This document shows positions 9,931 to 18,820 of a stretch of 29,181 nt of DNA, in pieces; position 1 is the stretch's first letter; each line of letters begins with the position of its first letter. The stretch is taken from positions 1 through 29,181 of the IMG/VR virus record IMGVR_UViG_3300036941_000037. One strand, given 5' to 3'. Both the position numbers and the translations under genes were made by a program. Below the pieces are notes generated by a model, which was not told where the DNA came from, did not search any database, and saw nothing but the letters and a program-made list of their open reading frames with translations. The stretch is from a virus (taxonomy: Duplodnaviria > Caudoviricetes).

Positions 9931-11310
9931 TTACCTACTAGCCGGGAGCAATCCCGCCAGTTCAACAGTTATTTTATCAATACTAAAATCTGCACCATCC
10001 AGATTCTCAACATTCAAACCAAAGTACCTTCCCCTCAAATATCTTCCAATAGGAACCTTCTGTGTAACCTGCCTATTCCCTCTGTCTATTGCAGCGATCT
10101 CAGTCTCATGCCCATTCACTTCATCTGCAATAGGTGTAACAACCAGTCCTCCATTTGCTTCATAACTTAAATCAAGAAACCTAATACTCTTATTCCCGTC
10201 ATACCCAAAGTCCGTAGGAGGCAGAGTAAACATCCCCTGAATAGCAGTTGTACCATCATTATCTCCAGATTCTAATTCCATCAATCCACTATCACTAGCT
10301 CCAACTTTCATACCCACAAACTCAGCATAAGAATTAAAGTTATAATTTAAATACTGCGTAGCAGCCATTGCATAAAGATTCAACACCAGTGTCAACTGTC
10401 CCTCTGCTGTATCTGGCATCGTGCAGATGTACTTCCCATTACTTACAACTCCCGCTGCCTTAGAACCTGTCTCATACACCAGCGTCTTCGCAGTCAGATT
10501 CTTAACCCTTCCATCCGGAAGTCCTAAGCAAATTCCGTCTGGCCCAGTCCATATAACTCCCAAGCCAAACATATCATCAGAAATTAAACTCAGCTTAACC
10601 TGACAATTACTTCCAAACACAACTGGATGATTATGCACAATCTCCCAGTTAAACTCCTGCGGATTACTTCCACTAAGAAACCAAACAACTCTACTAGTAC
10701 TTACATAAATCCCATTTGCAACTGGGTGAAACATAGTAATCTCATCCCCGAAGGGAAGGAAGTTTCTAGTATAATCCATCATCTTGGGGCCATAAGGCTC
10801 AGTGTACCAAAGTACATTATCCTTAGCAATATACAACCTCCCCCTGTAGAATCCAACTATCTCCCCTGACGGCGGGGCAGCATACTGCCTAGTAGTAGCT
10901 GGCCCATAAATAGTCCCTGGTACTTCCCAATCCTCGGCAACTCCACCATACACAATCCCTTTGCTAAGGCCATTCACCCAGTACACTCTCGGCCCAACTG
11001 AGACATAACTAACCCTATTATCTGATCCAATATCCACTACCTCTGTAGCAGTAAAATCAGGGCCCAGACTATACAAAACACCGCCAGATACAAACAGGCA
11101 CTCTTCACCATTACTCCAAAGACTATGCGAGTCACTCGTAACGGAAGTAGTCTCATAACCTTTCCTCCTACTAACCCTGCCAGTCATATCAACATCTACA
11201 TTATAGGCAACAGCCAGCCATTGAACCCCGTCCCTGGGATCATACTCCAGTCGGACAGGATCATACTTTACATTCAACCCCTTTGCACCTTTAAACCATA
11301 ACAGTTTCAT
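9931..11310 (-). CDS. Tail nozzle / tail tubular protein B-like (beta-propeller-like, ~459 aa)
   Basis: ATG at 11310 overlaps the upstream TAA. Motifs FKGAKGLN, AYNVDVDMTGRVSRRKGY and FYRGRLYIA...LWYTEP. Position after the adaptor. Confidence 0.65.
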   Translation of the reverse strand: MKLLWFKGAKGLNVKYDPVRLEYDPRDGVQWLAVAYNVDVDMTGRVSRRKGYETTSVTSDSHSLWSNGEECLFVSGGVLYSLGPDFTATEVVDIGSDNRVSYVSVGPRVYWVNGLSKGIVYGGVAEDWEVPGTIYGPATTRQYAAPPSGEIVGFYRGRLYIAKDNVLWYTEPYGPKMMDYTRNFLPFGDEITMFHPVANGIYVSTSRVVWFLSGSNPQEFNWEIVHNHPVVFGSNCQVKLSLISDDMFGLGVIWTGPDGICLGLPDGRVKNLTAKTLVYETGSKAAGVVSNGKYICTMPDTAEGQLTLVLNLYAMAATQYLNYNFNSYAEFVGMKVGASDSGLMELESGDNDGTTAIQGMFTLPPTDFGYDGNKSIRFLDLSYEANGGLVVTPIADEVNGHETEIAAIDRGNRQVTQKVPIGRYLRGRYFGLNVENLDGADFSIDKITVELAGLLPASR

Positions 11311-11969
11311 TAGAAATCCCACACACTTGAAATATGATGTGGCCTTGTTCTTCCAAGCCATCTATACAAATCATTAAGCCCGGAGTCTCTATTATCTGAA
11401 TTAAAACTATTCCAGTAATGCTCGCGGGTCTTAACCTTCTGCCCTTCCAGCTCGGAAGCATTTTCAATCTCATCAAACAACATCCAGAGCGTCCCATGCA
11501 CAATCAGTTTCCTCTGACAGTGCACAGGAATACAACTCGGGGTATCACTATTCCTTACTAATCGTGCAGGGCTGGTATAATATATCAGAGTCAGAGCATC
11601 AGTCTCCTCCGGCATCTTCGCATAGTACAGAATATTCCCTTCCAGCGTTACCGCCTCAATATCTCCATCCTCATCCATAGTATAATCATCATACATCCTC
11701 TCTAGATCAGGATAAACAGTAGGATCAGTCGAATCAGGATTAATAACCTTCTTCAAATGCCCGGAGAAATCCAGCGATTCACCTATATTAACATAGTTCT
11801 GTCCGACTACAGTATTCACACTCCCTATTCTTTTCAGAGACGGAAGTGGCACCATCCCAGCAATATACTCAACACACCCGTTGATGTATCCATCAATCTG
11901 GTCTTTTCCAAAAGATGCTGGGTCGAACAGCTTCGCTTCAACTTCTGCTCTAAGCTCTTCAAGAGTCAT
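11310..11969 (-). CDS. Head-tail adaptor / tail tubular protein A-like (~219 aa)
   Basis: MTLEELRAEV helical start, YIN motif, YYTSPARL...DTPSCIP pattern; position after capsid genes. ATG 11969 with GAGGG RBS preferred over the track TTG start. Confidence 0.7.
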   Translation of the reverse strand: MTLEELRAEVEAKLFDPASFGKDQIDGYINGCVEYIAGMVPLPSLKRIGSVNTVVGQNYVNIGESLDFSGHLKKVINPDSTDPTVYPDLERMYDDYTMDEDGDIEAVTLEGNILYYAKMPEETDALTLIYYTSPARLVRNSDTPSCIPVHCQRKLIVHGTLWMLFDEIENASELEGQKVKTREHYWNSFNSDNRDSGLNDLYRWLGRTRPHHISSVWDF

Positions 11970-11986
11970 ACCAGCCCTCACACGTT

Positions 11987-12019
11987 TCAGTATCCACGTC
12001 AAAAATTGACGTTTCTGGG
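11987..12019 (-). promoter_or_regulatory. Dispersed ~32-bp element, copy 2, inverted (CCCAGAAACGTCAATTTTTGACGTGGATACTGA on - strand)
   Basis: Same consensus in the opposite orientation, directly after the stop at 12020. Confidence 0.8.
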
Positions 12020-12541
12020 TTAAACTTTCGGGATCTCAACTACTTGCATCAGCACACGGCCCTTGCCAGCTGTGATTGTGTCACTGGAAGCAATATACAC
12101 AGCAACGCAAGGGACTGTTGCATCTGCAGGAGTGATGATCTCCGGTCCTTGGTTTGTTTTGAGAAGTGCTGCTGTCAGCCAGTCAGAACCCTGACACCAG
12201 TAGAGACCCGTGCTGCCAGGAGAAACATTGGCGTTTTCAATATACTCATCCTCATCCACAGTAGTGACATTATCATCATCTACTGCGGCATCTGTTGCAA
12301 GGGTTCCAGAGCCAACATCAATAGTGATTGTTCCTCCAGCAAAAACAGTGGTTACCTGGAATGCAACTTCCAGAATTTTAATCAACCTTTCTCCATAGGT
12401 AGCAGCCGGGAAGGAGAACACCACCGAAGCTTTATCGTCTCCATCTGGGCCATCCACCTCGCTGGATACCAACCAGTACGGAGTCCAAAGTGTCCGCATT
12501 TGGTCAGTCCTGCGATTGTCAACCATGTACTTTGTAGTCAT
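12020..12541 (-). CDS. Putative capsid decoration/cement protein (173 aa)
   Basis: Small beta-rich protein downstream of the MCP; resembles its neighbour (TIDVG motif, C-terminal GxxxVxxxY/V strand). Confidence 0.55.
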   Translation of the reverse strand: MTTKYMVDNRRTDQMRTLWTPYWLVSSEVDGPDGDDKASVVFSFPAATYGERLIKILEVAFQVTTVFAGGTITIDVGSGTLATDAAVDDDNVTTVDEDEYIENANVSPGSTGLYWCQGSDWLTAALLKTNQGPEIITPADATVPCVAVYIASSDTITAGKGRVLMQVVEIPKV

Positions 12542-12558
12542 GTTAATCTACTCCTTCC

Positions 12559-12960
12559 TTAATGAATCACGGAGTATTCAACAAAAACTATGAATGACCC
12601 CGTAGTTTGAGTGGTTCCGACAGTAAGGGTAATGATGCCGCTGGCGTCAGAAAACCATTTGCCAGCGAAGCTGGTTACTGTATCCTGAGTAGCCCTGTAC
12701 ATTCCTATGCCTGTGGCATTTACCAGAGCATAGGTTCTATCCAGGAAATAGTCAGGATCAGCACTTTCACCATTACCTATGAATCCTACATCAATAGTGT
12801 CTGAGCTCCCGGCAACTGTACACAGGAGCCAGACGTCATTGACGAAGGTATACTGAGGAAGTCTGATAAGATTATAAGTAGCGGCAGCGGGTGTAAGAAT
12901 CGTCCCACTCCTTGCTAGCCTATAATTATCAGCTGCCTTTACAGAAAACAGATCAGTCAT
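12559..12960 (-). CDS. Putative capsid decoration/cement protein (133 aa)
   Basis: Directly follows the MCP. LIRLPQYTFVNDV...TIDVG...DPDYFLD pattern, jelly-roll cement-like. GAAGGAGG RBS. Confidence 0.6.
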   Translation of the reverse strand: MTDLFSVKAADNYRLARSGTILTPAAATYNLIRLPQYTFVNDVWLLCTVAGSSDTIDVGFIGNGESADPDYFLDRTYALVNATGIGMYRATQDTVTSFAGKWFSDASGIITLTVGTTQTTGSFIVFVEYSVIH

Positions 12961-12973
12961 ACCTTCCTCCTTC

Positions 12974-14008
12974 TTATCCTAGAGCAGTTGCGTAGCTAGA
13001 GCCAGTAATTACTCCATAGTCCAGAGAGTTAAAAACAACTTTCTTCACACCGAGAATCCCGCCACCTCTGACCATGAGGAATCTGTCAGCATCACGGGTG
13101 TAAGGGTGGAATGACATCGTGGTTCCCTTAGAATCTCCGGCACCACCCCAGGCAATACAAGCAGCCTGGCAGCCAAGGAGCAGATTCCTGTAAACATTAT
13201 CATATACTTCAGGAACTCTCTCAGACTTAGAAATCAGCATACCGTTGTATTCAATCTCAACATTCGGAACCTGAAGTCTGTTAGCACTCCTAAGCAAATC
13301 TCCCCACTGCCCAACGTTTGTATTCTGTCTGAGCATATCAAATACGTAGTTATGCAGAATAACTCTAAAGTACTTCTTCCCGCCTTTCTTCAGCGGCCTA
13401 ATCTTCAGTGCATCGCCGGTGGGAAGTTCTGCCCTTTGCTTCATTCTATCCAGAAAGGACAGGTCAAGTGCATCAGCAGATGTCAAAGATGCTTCAGCAA
13501 CATCGTTGACAGTCATTGCGTGATCACTATCTGGCTCGGAAGGATTCTGGCCAAAGGTCTTACCGGCGACTCTAAAGCTGGAAACACCTGCCAAGTGATT
13601 AATGATCATCTCAGAAAGCTTATCCGACCACCAGTCACTGAGACCATCCTTCGCTTCAGTCATAAGGTTATAAGGAATTCTCTGCTCTTCCATCTTACCG
13701 CCAGTATCAACGGCATGATTAAGTTCTTCAATGGTCATATCGAAGTCTTTGAAGATCAGTCTTTCTTCCTTACCTGTGATGTCGTCATTTCCTACGACAC
13801 CTTCACCACTCAGGGGATACCGAATACCAAAGGTAATGGTATCACCCTGTCCCTTTCCGAGTTCTGTGCGCATCTGAACAATCGCATCAGTCCCGGTTCC
13901 AACCAGATCGTTGTACTCAATCGCTGGCAGTATGATCTTAAAAAGATCCTTTGCCCAACGTTTTCTGGTTAGAGCATTATCAGTAAGAAATTGAGTTTTC
14001 GGGTTCAT
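12974..14008 (-). CDS. Major capsid protein, N4-gp56/DUF4043-like family (344 aa)
   Basis: ELGKGQGDTITF...LSGEGVVG...GKEERL...HAVDTGGKMEEQR...L...AKDGLSDWW and LLLGCQA motifs; follows the scaffold; AAAGGAG RBS. Confidence 0.88.
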   Translation of the reverse strand: MNPKTQFLTDNALTRKRWAKDLFKIILPAIEYNDLVGTGTDAIVQMRTELGKGQGDTITFGIRYPLSGEGVVGNDDITGKEERLIFKDFDMTIEELNHAVDTGGKMEEQRIPYNLMTEAKDGLSDWWSDKLSEMIINHLAGVSSFRVAGKTFGQNPSEPDSDHAMTVNDVAEASLTSADALDLSFLDRMKQRAELPTGDALKIRPLKKGGKKYFRVILHNYVFDMLRQNTNVGQWGDLLRSANRLQVPNVEIEYNGMLISKSERVPEVYDNVYRNLLLGCQAACIAWGGAGDSKGTTMSFHPYTRDADRFLMVRGGGILGVKKVVFNSLDYGVITGSSYATALG

Positions 14009-14028
14009 TCTTATCTACTCCTTTCAGG

Positions 14029-15006
14029 TTAGTCAAGTTCCCCACGGAGATACTTATCATACACTTCCGCAGGAACTTGGTCAAGATCCATTTCATCCAG
14101 ATCATCAATCCTCTTAGCCGTCCAACCTGACAGGGAAGTTTTGGTGCCCGTACCAGCATTCTCTATCGTAGATGGAGCTTTAAGATTCTTTGCATCATCT
14201 ATGGTTTTCTTCTTCTTTTCTGGAGGTTCCTTGCCCTCTTCTTCTGGTTTAGGTTTAGGCTCAGCTTCTTTCGTTTTACTGGCAGCGGCCTTAGCATACT
14301 TAGGATGATATGTCTTAATCAGATCATACATATAAGCATAAGGATTCTGCCTTCTCCATACGTCTGCCTCAAGTTCGAGTGCAACCTCAACTGGTTCCCT
14401 GCCCTCAGTAGCTGCTATTTTATCAGCTGCCATAGACACAAGGTCACTGAAATTATCCTGTGAGCACACTTCCTTGATGTCAGCGTACTTCTCAGTTTGA
14501 GCCATTGTTTCAACAAGTAGCCCAAGAGAATCTCCTTTCTGCTGAGCTATACTGTTGATTGTAGCCTGTAGTTGTTCTATCTTACTCGGAGGCTCACCTT
14601 CTCCTTCACCTTCTTCTGGATCAGTAATGACATTCTTTTCCAGCCTTTGAAGTCTAGCCTCAAGGAAAGCTATCTGCCTTTCCATTCTTTTATTAAGTCT
14701 ACGAAGTGCCTGGGCATCATCCACAGGCTCTTCTGTTTCTTCCTCTTCTCCCGGAGGAGTTTCCTCACTTCCTTCAGTAGATCCTTCTTCGCCTTCTCCC
14801 GCTGTTTCTTCCTCACCCGGAGTATCACCAGCAGCATCTCCTCCTTTGTCAGGAGTTGCAGGTTCTCCTGCTGGTTCTCCTTCTCCTTCTCCTTCTTCCT
14901 TAGGCTTCGGATTGAGTACTCCATCGAGTTCATCTTCATCATCTGTGTCCTCGGGAAGTGTATCCACTACATTTCCATTTTCATCATAAACGTCTAGTGC
15001 TCCCAT
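14029..15006 (-). CDS. Capsid scaffolding protein (325 aa)
   Basis: Acidic disordered N-terminus, central coiled coil, C-terminal short helix-turn-helix; lies between portal and MCP. Confidence 0.75.
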   Translation of the reverse strand: MGALDVYDENGNVVDTLPEDTDDEDELDGVLNPKPKEEGEGEGEPAGEPATPDKGGDAAGDTPGEEETAGEGEEGSTEGSEETPPGEEEETEEPVDDAQALRRLNKRMERQIAFLEARLQRLEKNVITDPEEGEGEGEPPSKIEQLQATINSIAQQKGDSLGLLVETMAQTEKYADIKEVCSQDNFSDLVSMAADKIAATEGREPVEVALELEADVWRRQNPYAYMYDLIKTYHPKYAKAAASKTKEAEPKPKPEEEGKEPPEKKKKTIDDAKNLKAPSTIENAGTGTKTSLSGWTAKRIDDLDEMDLDQVPAEVYDKYLRGELD

Positions 15007-16892
15007 TATTCAGCCTCCTTTTTCTTAGATTGTTTAGCTTTCTCCTTGCTGGCATCGGCGGCTATCTCCTTACCAGCAAGACCTCCCAATATCTTAGCCA
15101 ATTCAATTTGTTTCTCTTCTTCTTTAGCTTCTTGCTCAGCTTCCTGCATTGCTTGCCAGTGCTGTCTAATCTCCTCTTTAACAGTGAAAGGAATGTTAGT
15201 GTATTCCAAGACAATATGCGGCGGTATAGTTCCTGGTGCCTGGTGGTTCATGTCAGCAAGTAGCATCGCCGTGGAGGCTCTCATGGAGCCAGTCTCTGCA
15301 ATCTCTTCAAACTCTACATCAAATTTTGCAAAGGAGATATCATTAAATCCTTGAACCTGCGGGTTCATCTGAGAGTTTATCTCCATCAGCTGTTGCCCTT
15401 TAAGTCCTTGAATCCTTATAATCTCAGGCTCTCTCACATACTGTTGAATAAGCGACATAAGAACTTTAGTTCCCTGAATCCTGCTGCGCCTGAAGTTATC
15501 AAAGAGGACGTAAAGAACAACAGCTGCTGCTTCCAGTCTAAGTCTAACACTAATCCCCGGCTCCCGGGAAGTAGTTTGCACACCCATCATTTCAGTAGTA
15601 ATCCCCGAAGTATCCTTCATACTCTGCCGAGATACTTCATCAAATTCTCTGTAAATAGGACTTATAGATGGTTGCTTTTCGAACCTATACTTATCAATCT
15701 TTCCACTTCCCATCTCCAGGTGGAAAGTCGGGTCAGCAGACTTAGTCTCATACTCTTCGATATTCAGAATAGCCCCTGCCTCATGCACAAGCATACCCTT
15801 TGGCAGTGTCTGGAGTAAGTGGCTCAACTGCCTCCGCATAGTATTTATACCCTTCTGCGGGTCTTTCATTACAGTGATTGCACCGAACCACTTATTGATT
15901 TCATCATCTTTGTACGCGCCATATAAGACAAATGGGAACATATCCATCTTATACGGACTCTCTCCAGACTCAAAAGATTCCAGGCCAGAGAAGATATTAT
16001 AGTAAATCTTCTGCATCCTAGATTCAACATACTCATTCAGTTCTATCTGCACAAGTTCTTCTGGATTCTCAGGATTCGGCACTCCTTCTGAGAGAGCCTT
16101 TTGAAATTCCTTAAATTGCTCCGGTTCTAGATTCTCTGGCTCTCCAGTTAACGGGTTAATAAACCAGAAAACTCTCACCCACTTTCTATACCAACACTCT
16201 ACAATCCTGTATCTATCCAAGGTTACATTATAGAACACTGGCATATCGCCGCCGGCAGACTGACTCAGGCTCTTAATATCTTCCACCGGATACCCGGGCC
16301 AGTAAGTCTGTATATCCTCTTCAGTCAACCACTTATCTATAAAAACATACCTTGCATCACTGAGGTCATACTCTGTAGAGTCAGAATCTACCCAGAAAGA
16401 ATTCCCGTGAATCCTAGTGCATTTAATCTCCGGCTTAAAAGGATTAGTTCTATCAATATAAAAGTACAGCAGGCTTCTCCCTGTCTTAACTGTATGCTCA
16501 AAGCAAGAGACTTCTTTCTCAGCAATCTTCAACTTCCTCCTATAATGTCCAATAGTTCCCTGCATCAACTCCACCATAGGCTCATCTTCTCTACCTACTG
16601 GAACCAGGTTCGGGGAGAAAGGAGACTGCTGCGCCATCCCTATAAGCATATCAATCTTCGGCTTAATCTCATTATACACAGTAGCAGGCCTATTCTGCGC
16701 AGCTAACTTCGCCAGAATCTCGTCACTATCCTGCTTAGATGCATAGAACTGATAATCTTCCAAGGCACAGCTTCTATAATCAGTTTCGCATTCCTGACTT
16801 TCAATATGATTCAGCCAGTCCTGTAACTTCTGAAGCTCCTTATCCTCTGGCTTCGAATGTTCTACTGCATCTACTCTTTCAGCTCGTGCCAT
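15006..16892 (-). CDS. Portal protein, P22-like (~628 aa)
   Basis: DYQFYASKQ...RPATVYNEIKPKIDMLIG, FPFVLY, MKDPQKGINTMRRQ, SRE.GISV motifs; follows TerL. ATG 16892 with GGAG RBS preferred over the track TTG start. Confidence 0.88.
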   Translation of the reverse strand: MARAERVDAVEHSKPEDKELQKLQDWLNHIESQECETDYRSCALEDYQFYASKQDSDEILAKLAAQNRPATVYNEIKPKIDMLIGMAQQSPFSPNLVPVGREDEPMVELMQGTIGHYRRKLKIAEKEVSCFEHTVKTGRSLLYFYIDRTNPFKPEIKCTRIHGNSFWVDSDSTEYDLSDARYVFIDKWLTEEDIQTYWPGYPVEDIKSLSQSAGGDMPVFYNVTLDRYRIVECWYRKWVRVFWFINPLTGEPENLEPEQFKEFQKALSEGVPNPENPEELVQIELNEYVESRMQKIYYNIFSGLESFESGESPYKMDMFPFVLYGAYKDDEINKWFGAITVMKDPQKGINTMRRQLSHLLQTLPKGMLVHEAGAILNIEEYETKSADPTFHLEMGSGKIDKYRFEKQPSISPIYREFDEVSRQSMKDTSGITTEMMGVQTTSREPGISVRLRLEAAAVVLYVLFDNFRRSRIQGTKVLMSLIQQYVREPEIIRIQGLKGQQLMEINSQMNPQVQGFNDISFAKFDVEFEEIAETGSMRASTAMLLADMNHQAPGTIPPHIVLEYTNIPFTVKEEIRQHWQAMQEAEQEAKEEEKQIELAKILGGLAGKEIAADASKEKAKQSKKKEAE

Positions 16893-16900
16893 TTCATTCT

Positions 16901-16930
16901 CCAGAAAAGTCAATAATTGACGTGGTTACT
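16901..16930 (+). promoter_or_regulatory. Dispersed ~32-bp element, copy 3 (CCAGAAAAGTCAATAATTGACGTGGTTACT)
   Basis: Between the TerL stop and the portal RBS. Confidence 0.8.
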
Positions 16931-18399
16931 TAACAAGCCATCCAGTTATCGGGATGCACAGTAACAACATTTTGTGTCTCCCAGGGCCGAGGCTTTCTTA
17001 TTCCTTTGTCATTTGACTTAAGGAATAGTTGATATGCACTGTTGTAGAAGTATTCTGAAATTCCAAGTGCATCAGCAATATTCGGAGACTTAATTCCTCG
17101 CGCCTTGGCCATTTTCTTACTCTCAACTACATATGCTCCATTGTTATCGAAGTCGTAATAGAGGGAGGAAAGTTCATTACAAAGTTCGTTGGAAAGTTCC
17201 CTCTCCTTTGCAGTATCTCCTGGGAACCAGTACATTTGCTTCCTGCACTTCTCCCGCATCTCCCACCAGAGTTCATCACGGAGCCTATGGAATCTATTCT
17301 TGTCAGAAGATTCCCTTGTAACATTAACACCGTGCGCTTTGCGCAGTCCGCCGGGGAGTTTCTGCAGCCAGTCAACTAATCCAGCCCCAACACCAATCTC
17401 ATCAACTCCCATGCCATCAGCATCAAATTCTCGCAAAGTCTCTAGGGCGTGCCCACCAAGATCTATTGTATTCATTCCTTGGAATGTACTCCAGGGATAA
17501 ATTTTTAGACCTTTTCTTGGGAGAATAATACTTTCATCTTCCCCGTATCTTGCAACATCAACACCAAGATAACAAGGCGCGTAGGGATCAATTTCAAACT
17601 GGTTATCAATGCAGGAGATTGCCCAGTCCAGCGGAATGAAAGTCCTCTCATCGTCTTTCGGAGGATCTCCCATGACCCTGATTCTGAATACATTAGAATC
17701 CTCGCCGTACTTATCAGCCATATACTTCGGGTATGCTTGGTCAACATTCTCGCTGTCTCTAGAATCCCAGTGCAGTTTATTCCATTTATTCATCTGCCTG
17801 ACATCAAAGTGACTATCATAGAAGTACCCTGTGTTTCTGGTCATATTCCCTATCAGAAGAACAATATTATCTGGTTGTGTCATTGCTCCTTCAAGAGGAA
17901 TAAATACTGGGTCAGGCACCCCGGAGGCTTCATCAACAACTATCAGTAAGTGATCTCCGTGAAAACCGGCAAGAGTTTCTGCCTGTTCTTCCTTACTAGC
18001 TTTCACTGAGGGGCTTACAGCTCTACACCACCATTCCTTAGGACTTTCCTTATGAAAGATTTTATCACTCTGAATTACAAATTCATCTCGGAAGATTGAT
18101 CTCCTGAACCACTTTGATAATTCACTCCAGAGAATATCACCCAACTGCCGGTTGGTCGGGGCAGTACAAACTACCTTCGCATAAGGTCTGGTAGTCATGA
18201 AGTTCATGATTAGCCAACTGGCACAGGCATCCTTTCCAGTACCATGACCACTCCTTACAGTGTGTCTTTTATGCTTAGGGAACGAGCCGAGTAAGTCTGC
18301 CTGTTGCCGGGAGGGAGTTGCTTCTATTCCATCCCTGACAAAGGACACCGGGTTATACTTCCACTCCCGCAGTTTATTTAGTATTGCCGGATTAAGCAC
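16930..18399 (-). CDS. terL: Terminase large subunit (489 aa)
   Basis: Walker A SGHGTGKD, Walker B IVVDEASG, LIGN coupling motif, RNase H-like GVDVARYGEDES and C-terminal SPNIADAL. Confidence 0.95.
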   Translation of the reverse strand: MLNPAILNKLREWKYNPVSFVRDGIEATPSRQQADLLGSFPKHKRHTVRSGHGTGKDACASWLIMNFMTTRPYAKVVCTAPTNRQLGDILWSELSKWFRRSIFRDEFVIQSDKIFHKESPKEWWCRAVSPSVKASKEEQAETLAGFHGDHLLIVVDEASGVPDPVFIPLEGAMTQPDNIVLLIGNMTRNTGYFYDSHFDVRQMNKWNKLHWDSRDSENVDQAYPKYMADKYGEDSNVFRIRVMGDPPKDDERTFIPLDWAISCIDNQFEIDPYAPCYLGVDVARYGEDESIILPRKGLKIYPWSTFQGMNTIDLGGHALETLREFDADGMGVDEIGVGAGLVDWLQKLPGGLRKAHGVNVTRESSDKNRFHRLRDELWWEMREKCRKQMYWFPGDTAKERELSNELCNELSSLYYDFDNNGAYVVESKKMAKARGIKSPNIADALGISEYFYNSAYQLFLKSNDKGIRKPRPWETQNVVTVHPDNWMAC

Positions 18400-18820
18400 T
18401 TACATTCTCCACGTAGTCATCTGTAAAAATTGCATCTGCAACTTCAATATACAGCGGAATTGCTATAAGAATAAGATTTTTTACTCGGAACATAAATTGT
18501 TTCTTAAAGGGCAAATCATCTCCGTAAGTATCTGAGTCATAAGTTGCTTCTATTGTAAGGATTCTATTCTCATAAATAGCTTTTCTATCTACCAACTGAA
18601 GATCGTCTCCAGAGATAACTATATTCATCTCAGCAGCTAGTTCACTCTCAGACACCTTATACCTATCATTAATGACTGTTCCGTCCTCAGTGGAGAGAGT
18701 CCATACTAAAGCCTTAGGAATCACATCCCTGTTTCTTGTATCCTTGAAGTCTAATTCTACTATATAAGTAGACTCTTCCATCGCCGGAGTACTAAGCATT
18801 TCACATAGCTGTGCTCTCAT
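18392..18820 (-). CDS. Small Ig-like (BppU N-terminal-like) virion protein with C-terminal repeat tag (142 aa)
   Basis: Alternating beta-strand pattern. C-terminus IEVADAIFTDDYV matches the repeat of the upstream 1023-aa protein. Confidence 0.45.
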   Translation of the reverse strand: MRAQLCEMLSTPAMEESTYIVELDFKDTRNRDVIPKALVWTLSTEDGTVINDRYKVSESELAAEMNIVISGDDLQLVDRKAIYENRILTIEATYDSDTYGDDLPFKKQFMFRVKNLILIAIPLYIEVADAIFTDDYVENVSA

